A DNA stretch of 63,627 nucleotides, filler included, from Choristocarpus tenellus KU-1152 (taxonomy: Eukaryota; Protista; Phaeophyceae), in NCBI GenBank assembly GCA_964200185.2. It is 8 parts of 8 records of this genome, joined end to end, with 100 filler letters (N's around TTAATTAATTAA, not from the genome) between each part and the next. Parts side by side here need not be neighbours in the genome. Positions count along the whole stretch, not along the records: positions 41,488 to 55,999 come from CAXNAD020001171.1; positions 56,100 to 60,577 come from CAXNAD020014372.1; positions 60,678 to 63,627 come from CAXNAD020023426.1; 5 more parts are not named here. One strand, 5' to 3'. This document shows positions 52,883 through 63,627 of the stretch, one piece after another; the stretch's first letter is position 1, and each line of letters starts with the position of its first letter. The notes under the pieces were generated by a model that was not told the origin of the DNA, made no database searches, and worked only from the letters and a program-made list of their open reading frames with translations. The translations under genes were made by a program, and so were the position numbers.

Positions 52883-53917
52883 GTGCGCACTATCTCTGCA
52901 GCCACGAATTTTGCGTCAAAAACATCGCTGTTAAAATCGCCTTTGTGTGGGCGCCCACTCCAGGCGTGGCCTTCTACCCTTCGTCCTCCCACTCTCATTG
53001 CGGTACTTCGTGGAGTGAAGCTTAAGCATCTTATGGGGGTGACACGAATTCTTGTGGATGAGGGTTTCACGATGTTATCTGTCACTGCTGATACTCCAAG
53101 GTGTTTCGAGATAGTTGACGCTCTGGCGAACATAAGTGGGATCGTTCCTGGCATGTCGTCGGTGTTAACAACGGAGCAGGTATGATGTTGGCAGGAGTGT
53201 ATCAATACTGTGTGGACTAAAGTTTTCGTCAGAGCACTGTCTCTGCTCTGAGCTCGTGCACTGCGGGTATCAGAAAAGATGTGCATTGCTGCTAAGTTGC
53301 CCTGTGTCCAGCTAGGCACATGACCACGATTTGCATGTTTGTTCGTAGGATTATTCCGCATCCTGCTCGTCCTCCACCAATTGCCTTGTTTTCACTTTGA
53401 TATTTCAACCTGCCAATCACAATTTTCATCTATGGCAAGGGACCCTACTGTGATACTGACCAAAATCATTATCAAACACGGATTGTCTTGACAGGTGGAG
53501 AAAGCTGCTTCCCATGGTGCAAGGTTTATCAGCAGCACAACCTTTGACCCTGCAGTTGTGCACTGCACCAAAGAGCTCAATCTCTTGAGCATCCCAGGCG
53601 TCCTCAATGCAGCAGAGGCGACAGAGGCTATTGCTGCAGGTGGAGATATTCTGAAAATATTCCCTGCTCACAAGGTCCCCCCAAGTGCCCTACAAGAATT
53701 AGTTGGTTCCCTGCCTGCAGGAACTAAAGTCATCATTGCAGGAGGCCTAACAGTAGATCGGATTCAAGCCTATACTTCTGCTGGAGCAATGGGTTTTGCA
53801 GCTGGCAGTACTCTCTTCAAGGCTGGTGTAAGTATCCCAGACTTGAGGGAGCGAGCTAGGGCATTCTATGAAGAAGGTATCCGGTGCCACGGCATCGTAC
53901 ATGCTGCAAAAGGTTGA
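52883..53917 (+). CDS. KDPG/KDPGal aldolase family protein (DgoA/Eda-like class I aldolase); true start uncertain
   Basis: Exons ~52883-53179 and 53495-53917 (phase 0 GT-AG). LIAVLRG, VLTTEQ|VEKA, IPGV..AAEA..A..AG..ILKIFPA, LP..T.V..AGG.T and GSTLFKAG follow the DgoA pattern. An in-frame TGA at 52877 implies a further upstream exon or a later start. Confidence 0.88.
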
Positions 53918-55806
53918 GTGTTTTTTGTGTTGTGAACTGCAACAGTTTAGTCGACTGATATCTTAACAAAAAAAAATCATTTTTTGTTTTCTGTTTGGTG
54001 CAACTGTTGTATCATCGAAATCATTATTATATTTTATTATTTGTATTTTTATCTTTTGTTCTTGTTTCTACTTACTACCATGCACTTGTCAGACAGATGT
54101 AAGGCCCTTCTTATCTGTTTTGGTTGTGTTTGTTGTCTGTGTCCTCTTGTATGTAGTACGTAATATAAATTAATTCCAAGAGTTCTGCCTGTAGAATTTT
54201 GTGGAGATCATGATAGATCCACTTCTTGCCCTTGACAGTCATTCCTCAGCCACATACTCTTCAACCTTCCTTGAGCAAAACATGAGCAATACGCTATCTC
54301 AGATATTCAGTAGATCATGCTCCTGGTGGTAGAGAAAGAGCACCAAAATGTTTGAGTAAAGTTGTTAGGGATGCAAAAGCCACAGGTAATGCACAGAGGA
54401 CAATAACTAGCACATGACCAACAACTTCCTCAATAGCCACTTCTTTTGGATCTTCCTCTGGCAAATTTTGGATATACATTGCTGTAAAGTATGTTATTTA
54501 TATTTATTTATAATATAAATGTCACTATTAACTCTATAAAAAATAACTTAAGAATTCTCTGTTCCACAATAGTAAATCCATTGATTGGAAAAATAATTTT
54601 GCTATTCAAAGGGAAATGCACTATTGTGGAACACAATGGAAAAGTAGGAAGAGATCCAAAAAGTACCAGGCGCATATTTTATTTTTCCTATATAACAAAC
54701 TGTGATAATAAACTCAGTCGAAATTTTGCACCTCCAGAGGTGTCCCTCACCATCTGGGGGGCATTTTGTCTCATACACAAAGAGTTGACTTGAGTTTATT
54801 GAGCAATTTAATTTTTACCATTACATGTTTCAGTTAACACAGTATTTTTTAAATGCCAAGATTTACTGGTGTGCTTTTAAAGATAGATCATACTAACTCA
54901 ATATTTTGTCCAGGAACATGCTGATTCCAAGTGGAGTGGAAAAATGATATTAGCAATGACAGTGCTTAAATTGCTGAAACATGTGATACGTTGAATGGTG
55001 ACACATATATGGTTTGTCAATGGGATTGCCAAATACACTCTGCAGAGGTACGTTCAAGGTTGAATGACAAACAGCACCCTGGAAAGAAACAGGGGGTGCA
55101 GTTTGTTCCAGAAGACAATAACCTTGGATTTTGTAGGTTCATACAACAGTGAAAACTGCAGTACCCATCTGGAATTATTGATAGGAGGATACTGAGTGGA
55201 CTTGGCCAGTCAAAGGGTGTATGGAAGATAGGAATGGGATAAAATCTTGACAGAAGCCATACATTATTTAAGGCCTTACATGCAGTAAAAACCTACCAGG
55301 AAGTTATCTGGAGCTCAGATATTTTTATTAATGATTGAAACTGATGTTATAGGATAATATATACCATTCAATATTAGATACATTGGCATTCCTTCCAAAA
55401 TTTAAGGTTACAATCAACAGCTCTAACATAACTCTCAGTTGTTGTACAATTTGATCCCTCAGGTTGAGTTCCTCATCAAATTCTTCAAGTAGGATACAGC
55501 ATGTGTGTCAGCCATTGATAAGTATATTACAAACTCATTATCTAAACCCTGAACCATGCTTGGGACCCATCAAAATTTTGGTGGACAACTTCATTTTCTG
55601 TACATGTTTTGCCCATGTAATTAATTAATGTCTTTGCCTCACCCTTCCACTGCCTCCTCCAAACAAGAGTTGTAGAAAATAAAAGTAGGTTGCAGTACCC
55701 CTGCCCTCACAGCGTGTTCTATTGAAAGTATAATATATTTTAACTGTTGTACCAAAATATCGAGACAAAGCAGTAGTTAACGAGTAGTATGTCCATCTCA
55801 TGTATT

Positions 55807-55986
55807 GGCTCAAAGTATCTGAGGGGGGGTGCTGGCTGTCCATTCGGGTCCCATTTTTTCATGTCGTGATTTCTGGACCATTCGGTTGTATATATTGGAT
55901 GGATAATGTAAGTGCACTTTTCCTGGTCATGACCGAAATGGACACCCTGGTGTAGCCCCCCCCCCTCCCCCCCTCCACTTTGAGCC
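55807..55986. mobile_element. MITE family A, complete copy, inverted relative to 14970
   Basis: GGCTCAAAGTATCTGAGGGGGGG ... ACTTTGAGCC, flanked by ATT on both sides. Confidence 0.85.
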
Positions 55987-55999
55987 ATTTTGATCGGTT

Positions 56000-56099
56000 N
56001 NNNNNNNNNNNNNNNNNNNNNNNNNNNNNNNNNNNNNNNNNNNTTAATTAATTAANNNNNNNNNNNNNNNNNNNNNNNNNNNNNNNNNNNNNNNNNNNN
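56000..56099. other. Artificial contig spacer
   Basis: 44 N + TTAATTAATTAA + 44 N. Confidence 0.99.
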
Positions 56100-57008
56100 G
56101 GGGGGGGGGGGGGGGGGAGGGGGAGGGGGAGGGGGGCCAAATGTCCACAGGGTCAGCAAAAGAAAGAAACATGTGGAAAAAAGGTAAGAGACTGATACCA
56201 TTCAGATAGGGAACACAATGCTTTAGCACAGTGAAACATGCTTTAGCACAGTGGAACATTGCATCTGCATAGAAACATTGTTGAGCTGTATGTTGATTTG
56301 CTCCTCTCTGTATATAGGGTGTAGAGGGAAGAGGAGGGCTCATTTCAGCGCAACACCTGTCAAAAACTAGTAATTGCAGTATCGATCTGTGTTTGCAGGG
56401 GGACTTGCAGAGCACCAATGCATCTATGTAAGGTTCTGTCTGTTGTAGACTCAAATTTCGATCCACTTTGCCATAATGTATCCACCAAAAATAGCTGCAT
56501 ACATGAAAGGGGCAAAGCAACCACCAAAAAACAAAGCCCATGATTGAATCCAGAAAGAATAACTCTGTGACTCATGATCTGATCTGGTCAGCAAGAGTTT
56601 AAAAAGTCAGCTCACTCACCAAAAAATAACACAACATGTCACCGACTTTCATGTTTTGTCCAGAGGAAAAAGTGACCATCTTGAATTAAAAATGGAATCA
56701 GTACGTGGATCAAACAATAAAAGAACCAACTTTTATCCAAGGAAAAGTACACCCCTTGAGATGAAGCAAAAATGTGCAATCAACAGGTGACAAGGTTCCA
56801 TGTCTTCCAATCATTGAATCTATCCACATATCCTGGGAGTAACGACGAGAATACACCACGACTTCAATTGAGATCCCTGGTCAAAAAACATGGCAGTTTC
56901 GGCATTGATCCCTGAAACTGCCATTTGTGCACTGGAAACGGCCCATCTACCCACATTACGGATGGTAACTCTAAAGAATCAAGCACACCTTTCAACTGCA
57001 GTGAAGTG

Positions 57009-57039
57009 AGGTTAGGGTTAGGGTTAGAGTTAGGGCTAG
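57009..57039 (+). repeat. Short interstitial TTAGGG-type repeat
   Basis: GGTTAGGGTTAGGGTTAGAGTTAGGGCTAG. Confidence 0.8.
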
Positions 57040-59943
57040 TCAAGAGAAACTTGCGTTAGGCAGTGATTCCTGACCCTACCAGTACTGCCATTCAAGCACT
57101 GACTGGATCAATGGGTTCATTGGTATTCCCCTCAGCAATGTGAGTGGTGGCGCATAGCCAGTGCGCAATTGGTACTTTCAGGGATCTATTTCAGACCCAA
57201 AGCTCTCTTTACTGGGATTTGCAATCGATAGGTTTGGTTGTTCTCTCACTATTACCCTCGCCAATATGAGCGAATTTGCTGATTGGAGCCTTGGATATGA
57301 GGATCTTTATGATTGCCCAAATCGAACACACAAGCTCTGGCTAGAGGGATGACACCATGAACAAAAAAACAATAAAATCAGACATTCATTCGTCCAACAT
57401 TGCACGTTCCTATGTAACACAAAACAGGGCATGTGTGCAGAGAGAAACAAAGCCAAGTTCGCACGTCAAGAAAAACATTTTTTAAAAGGCACAATTGATG
57501 CAAAACCACAATTGATGCAAAAGCAGCGACGCTTAACACATTTAGAAACTGACAAGTGGGGAGATATTCAACCTTAGAGAAACAAATAAAAAAAATTAAC
57601 AGCGCAAACTGCCCCCTCTGCCTCCTCAAATGTCTGACCTCCTTCAGCCTCTCAGTGCGAGCAGCACCAATATCGTTGGTAAGGCTTGCGGAGGTGTTTT
57701 CATCATCCGAAGACTTGATCCTGAATAGAAATATTGAGAAGAGGATGAATACTGGAAAGGTGAGGTAAATTTGTTTCTCGGCAAAAATCGAGGAGATTTG
57801 AGATACATCTTTGAGTGACAGCATACACCCTACTTAGAGCCAAGCAAACATCACCATCACTCTCCAAGGCTCACCTAGCCCATCAAACATCCAAATGCAA
57901 GAAATACTAAAATTGCTGTAAACAAACTTTACGCTTCGTAACATTGCATCGATATTATTGTGATGACAACATTGTATGACCCTTCACATTGTGTCAAAAC
58001 CTGCCCCTACCACAATCGCATACATGCTCTCTCCAATCCATGTCCATGCCCATTTGAGGGTTGTAACGTGTTGAGCTATAACAAAATATGCAACTCAAGC
58101 AGGTAAAAATTGACCTTAACGCACTTGCTGTTTTACGTGCCGCCAATCAACACAATTTTTCAGGCAGGAGCTACATATGAAAAGCTGGGGGAAGCATACT
58201 CTTAAACCCTTGTCGCAAATACTGAGACTTTAGACTGAGCCTAACTTGAATTATTTCACTGCCATCCTCAATATGCACTGCGCCCTCCTCCTTCCCATGC
58301 TTTGCCTCAGTTTCACCGCACAGACAATAACTCTGCCAGTATCTTTAACCTTGACGTAACCTGAACCTATTCTGTACTTGAGTTTGGCACTGCTTGCCAC
58401 TCTAGACCTCAAGTCAAGATGTAAAAGATATATATAAAGCTGCGCCACAAGGAAAACCCTCCAATCTACTTCTATTCCCTAACTCATTTTCGCCGCAAGT
58501 CTTCACCCTAAGCCTATATGTGAGATCCACTTACTTAACCCTATCGATGAGAGTAAACTGGATCAAGGCGAACAGAAGAGAGATAACGCCAGCCACGATG
58601 ATCAGCGTAGTAGCATGTGACTCTCCATACTTTAGAATATAAGGTGGAAGAGGTTCAGAGGGTGAACGGCCAGACGAAACGGCCGTCAGCGCTTGACAAA
58701 GTCGTGACAAGCATAGCTAGAGAGGCTGGGAATTGATTTGAAGTTATGAATTAGCATAACTGTCGTGAAAGAATGGAAACGGTAACATTGAGTTTGCGGG
58801 GAAACGATTGGTACAGGTTGATGACGACATAAAAGAACATACGGAGTTCTCCTGAGTAGCATTATCTACAAAACTGTCTCCAGGTTATGTTTCCACAATT
58901 CTCTACATCTAAGGTGAAAGGAGTGGAAACAGGAAAAGCGAAAGTCTTTCACCGCAACATTGTGAAATAGCAAACTGGATGTGGACCACATGCTGGAATG
59001 CAGGGTTGCAAACGTTGCGTCTACTCAATCACGAACATATTCCGATGGAAATCATGTTGCAAGATTGATATCTGATGGATTATGAACAGGTTCACCTCGC
59101 CCTAGTCAGGGGAGATCGGGTGAGACAGTATCGCAAGAAATTGTGAACAAAGAATTTGATATATGACACAAAACCTTACCTCAGGAGTCATGACTTCTAG
59201 GAGATTGAGCTGAGAGACACGAACTCAATCCCACAAGACCGAGACTGAGAGGAAAAGATTCCACTCTAAGGTTTTAGGGTCGAAGGGTCCTTACAGCACA
59301 CTGAACAAGTGAACACAACCATACGCGTTAAGTGTACTCTGAAATAGTCTGTAACTATGATGAGATAAAATTGCTTTGTTTAACATGGATCATCGCCCAA
59401 CCGTCCGTCCAGACGACTAAAATATTATTGTGGAAATAGTATTATTGTTCGTTATAGTAAATATATTTAGAGAGGGTAACATGTAACGTCTGCACTGAAT
59501 AGACCTGGACATAAAATAGTAGAAGTTAGTTGTGTTGCGTTGGAAGAAAATATTCTGGTTTTTAATTCACCCATCTGTGATTATTATTGAATTTGATAAA
59601 TAATTATTAATAGTACAACTACCAATACTCGATATTTTCTGTATTAGTAGTGAGGGATATTGGTTAATCGTCCTTTACAATGTCATGTTCTAGTACATCA
59701 CGTTCTCCCATGCATATATTTTGTGTACGGGTTGAAGAGGCACAAAATCAGGTAATACTTAACGTATCATAATATAGTGGTAACAGTAGCTTCGCCCTCT
59801 GGGGTTGTCTTGTCATAACTTTTGATGTAGACCTCGAATCTAAAAAATAAAAGCATATTCGTGATGCCAGTCACAATGCCCTCCAGATACCGGGCTTCGT
59901 TTTTATTTTCTCGCCATTTTTTCCTTTTTAGAAGAAAGAGCGC

Positions 59944-60281
59944 TCATATTGGGGTTTGAACCCTGGATTGTAGGTCACCAAGAGTGGCAACAGATACACT
60001 CTTACTTGATTGAAGAATGGGATTTAGGGGGGGGAAAGACTCCCCACCCTTTCTTCCTGTGTGTTCGCGCGCCCACTCTTTGACCTCGGCAAGGATGTCC
60101 TTGTCGAGGCCCAGGACGAAACGCCTCTCATAGCGCCCTTGCTTGGGCACCTTGATGTGGCCCTTAGGAAGTCTCTCTCCCATTTACTCACAGTTTCCGG
60201 GGTGACATTCGCATATCCTGCTACCATCTTGAGCGCCGTTTGACAAATTTCCCGTCGTTCATACACACGTACAGGATTCAT
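59944..60281 (-). mobile_element. Frameshifted N-terminal fragment of a probable DDE (IS630/Tc1-mariner-like) transposase
   Basis: Two overlapping ORFs join as VAGYANVTPETVSKWERDF(fs)GHIKVPKQGRYERRFVL...DILAEVKEWAREHTGRKG, an HTH followed by a KQG linker as in such transposases. No catalytic core was seen. Confidence 0.45.
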
Positions 60282-60577
60282 AGTGCTAGAGTCTTATCTA
60301 TCTCATTTCCTTGTTGAGTGCCGGAAATGGGTGTTGCCCGTGTTTCCTGGGCGGGTGATATTTTTTCAAGGCGCAAGGGAAAGGGAGGACAGGCTTGAGT
60401 TGATCGAAAATTGTGTTGATTTCTCGAATGAATACAGGCTGGGAGAAAGTCTTAATCAACTTTATACGTCCAACCCCAAGTCCAGGAACAAAATGAATGT
60501 ACAGCATCTTGCAAGAAGTGGAAGACACCAAACCATCAGTGTGCAAATAGTCTCAATCTCACCTCCTCTTCTTCCCT

Positions 60578-60677
60578 NNNNNNNNNNNNNNNNNNNNNNN
60601 NNNNNNNNNNNNNNNNNNNNNTTAATTAATTAANNNNNNNNNNNNNNNNNNNNNNNNNNNNNNNNNNNNNNNNNNNN
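60578..60677. other. Artificial contig spacer
   Basis: 44 N + TTAATTAATTAA + 44 N. Confidence 0.99.
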
Positions 60678-60741
60678 CCGGAAGCCAAACCCCAAATGGA
60701 CAGACAGGGCAAAACTTGTACCCTCTAAGATACTTTCACTC
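60678..60741. mobile_element. MITE family B, right end
   Basis: GGAAGCCAAACCCCAAATGGACA...TACCCTCTAAGATACTTTCACTC matches the ends at 22860-22919 and 39337-39397. Confidence 0.85.
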
Positions 60742-60805
60742 AGTGTAATTAATAGCGTAAGATTGGTTTCCATCCAATCCCCCGAACGGATACGCCATTG
60801 AATCA

Positions 60806-63304
60806 ATGGTATGTTGCGGGGTTCCTCTATGTGCGGTGCTGCGGTCGCTACCCCCACATCTCTTTATTTGCCACCGTCCGATTGTGTGTTAAAGCATGTA
60901 CATCACCGACTGTTGTATCTCACCTGTACTACTTCGTACTGTTTTGCGCGGCCAATTTCGAGGTCCTTCGTAACCGTGGATCACCGCGTTGCGTTGTTGC
61001 ACCCAATAAATGATCTGGAAAAATACTCTACTGTCTGTTTAACGCTCTGATTCGATGACACGTGCGACAGGTATTCATGCCCAAAGTGCTCCATCACGCA
61101 TATGGGCGAGTGTGCCTACGCGGAGATTAGAGACGACGAGAGGCAAAAGGATCGATTATGTATCAAATGCCCCATGGCACAGGAGGGCAGTGAAGGGTCT
61201 GGATCGGTGGGGAACGAAGTGGCGGGTCGAAGCAGGGGCAAGGGCAAGGGTAAGGCTCGCGCAAGGAGCGCAGGCGGGTCACCCACGACGCGAACCCTTT
61301 TTCGTCCCCCCTTACACAGCGAAATGGCCGACATGGAGAAGTGCATGTGGGTCTCGGCGTGGTTGCACATTATACAGACGCAAGTCGTCTCTGCGTGTTT
61401 GTTTTCGCATTGGTTTGCACATAGGTCTTGGCTGCTTGTACATCATGTGGATTGCTCGTCCTTTGTACCTTGGATGTGTCGCTTTTTTGGAGGGTTCCTT
61501 GGGCCATGGAACTTAGTGTTTTGAAATCTATCCTCCTTCCACGAGATGTATCTGATGAGTCTGGCACTGTGGAGGGTACGGCCTGACATTTTGGAGATGC
61601 CGTGGAAATATTGTCAGGAACTCGCTTAATGAAAAGATTGCCTGCACCGTAGCTTACTATGCCATCCTTCTTGTCGTGCTGTCTGTCTACTGTGTCGTGT
61701 GTCATGATGTCCAAGCAGGAGTGAGAACACTGCACTACACGACCTTCGCCCTCTCAACCCCACCGTATCCTTAGACAAACTTGGTGATTTCACCTTCCGC
61801 AATGCGCCAAAGCTCGCCATAGTGTCCATTGCCGCCGAGCCAAGACTCCTCATCAACGAAGAGGCGACCAACACACACCTGCGCGAGGTGCTTCAGTGCT
61901 TGCATCCTAAGATGCATCCTCAGGGTACCATCGCGCTCATTGTGCCCCACCCGTGGAAGGCGCAATTACACCGCCTAGTAGGTGAGTTGCAGAGTTCACA
62001 AGTGCTGGAATACAGGTTATATTGCGGGAGACCGATGCGATCCGGGTGGCCGTTATCATTCCGTCCGTGTGCCGATCGAATATTGTGCGACCGTTCAGGA
62101 GATGCGGATTAGGTCGTGTGTATTCCTTGTTCACTTTCCCCATGTTGTTTCATGTCCTTCGTACCTTCTACTTCCTTTGTGTCGCTTGCTCTTTCCCCCC
62201 GGCAACTACGTACTTCTTTGTTTCATTGTCCGCGAATCGCATTCTGGCATTACTCGTCTTCACTACATTGTTTTTGCCATATTTACTTCTACTATAATTT
62301 AATTTCCTATTGTTTGCAATTTTTGCATTGGTTATTTGCCTTGCGTTCCACACTCATTTTACTATTATAACGTTAGTGGTATGAGATTTCATGAATCCCT
62401 ACGATAACTACTTGTGTGATGTTACTGTCAAGTTTGACGCATGCCGGACCCACGCGCTTGCTCCCGCCTTCTCTTCATTCAGAGGCTCTTACTGCGCCGA
62501 AGGTGGGCTTGATTGTGGAGGATCATCCCCTAACCCTAATATACAAGATGAGGAGGGGGGGCGCCCTCAATTAGGCACAGATAACCATCTCAGATGTTGC
62601 CAGTACATTATTCTACTCGCGCACGACGATGGGACAATGCTCACATGCAATGAGCGAGTCACCGTCGACGACATCTTTGGCCACGGGCGTGATGCATCTC
62701 CTCCGGTACTCTAAACCATGTTGGACGTCGAATACGAAGGTGCTGCCTTTTTTTTTCCATTGCTTTCCAACTTGTTGTCTGTCTTCGTTCCCTATGGATA
62801 GGTCTCAGGCGTGCAATTGTACTGGTGATGTTTCCTTATAGATGTTTACACGTTGCCAACAGAGTGCACGCAGTTTCCCACACCACCACTGGAAATCGTG
62901 AGTCCCCAAGACTTTGATGTGATCGCCAGTACGTCATAATGTCCTCCTTCCCCGCATGAACAAAAAACAAACGTGCTGCAGTACACCACAACATCTTTAA
63001 CCAACGCCAGAATAACCCATACATATGTGACAAAACCTTATCGTATGACTAACCCACTTCACTGCCACATTGTTGGGCTATCACATGTACGCACATGATG
63101 TTCCAGGTATCCACGCCTCTTGTTCAGGAACGCGTGATAGACCCCTCCTGCCTGCCGGAAGCCTTGGGGCAGACCCTCGTCCCAACAGAGATGCAGCGAT
63201 GTTTTGCTGAGGCCATCCATCCTCAGGGAAAGGCAATGGGACGCGATGAGCCGACCAGTTTCGTTGCGAAGACGGTGGCGACGGACTTCTGCTACCAGAT
63301 CAAG
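60806..63304 (+). CDS. Multi-exon gene or pseudogene: ADD/PHD-like zinc finger followed by a divergent methyltransferase-like region (partial)
   Basis: Exons ~60806-60843, 61071-61340, 61719-61981, 62483-62705 and 63107-63304 have GT-AG borders and matching phases if one G is added to the G-run at 62555-62561. Cys spacing MVCCGVPLC...RYSCPKC...MG...EIRDD...LCIKC matches ADD fingers. Confidence 0.5.
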
Positions 63305-63627
63305 GTGAATGTGGTATAGAATGCGCTAACTTACGTATTTTGTGAAGATCGAACGGCAGAGTTTAGTTATCAGCACGCAGAAAAGACTATTTATTTTTAT
63401 TCGTTAGTCCTAACCTACCTAATGCGGCACCCAAATACGTCGTGAACAAAAATATGGGCCTTTCAGGTAAGTATTGCATCGGTAGTGTGTTCGACTTTTT
63501 GCCACAATAAGGTTGCCGTTTTTGCACCACCTTCTTCAGACGATATTACCTCCAAATCACGAACATTCATGAATCACCGTTCTCTACCCCCCCCCCCCCA
63601 ACACCCCCCCACCCCAACAAATCGGGA

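Overview
Eukaryotic, intron-rich genomic DNA, most likely a stramenopile alga such as a brown alga (inferred from gene content, splice sites and TTAGGG repeats). The window is not one locus. It is eight contigs joined by an artificial 100-bp spacer (44 N + TTAATTAATTAA + 44 N), so synteny across spacers means nothing. Spliced genes reconstructed by hand: a PH-like + SAM protein, the 3' end of an ascorbate peroxidase, a complete 8-exon 2OG-Fe(II) oxygenase, an F-box/LRR protein, the 3' end of a STI1-like protein, a CFAP97/Hemingway protein, a complete 10-exon selenocysteine elongation factor (eEFSec) with a duplicated C-terminal domain 4, and a DgoA/Eda-like aldolase lacking the usual catalytic Glu. 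The last contig holds a multi-exon gene that appears to join an ADD-like zinc finger to a divergent beta-class N4C/N6A methyltransferase-like fold. This is the most novel candidate, but it rests on motif reading only. Repeats include a decayed Ty1/copia element with a half-tRNA primer site, gag remnants, 3' ends of a CRE/R2-like LINE, two related MITE families, minisatellites and a ~370-bp hairpin rich in G-U pairs. All assignments were made by eye; no searches were run.
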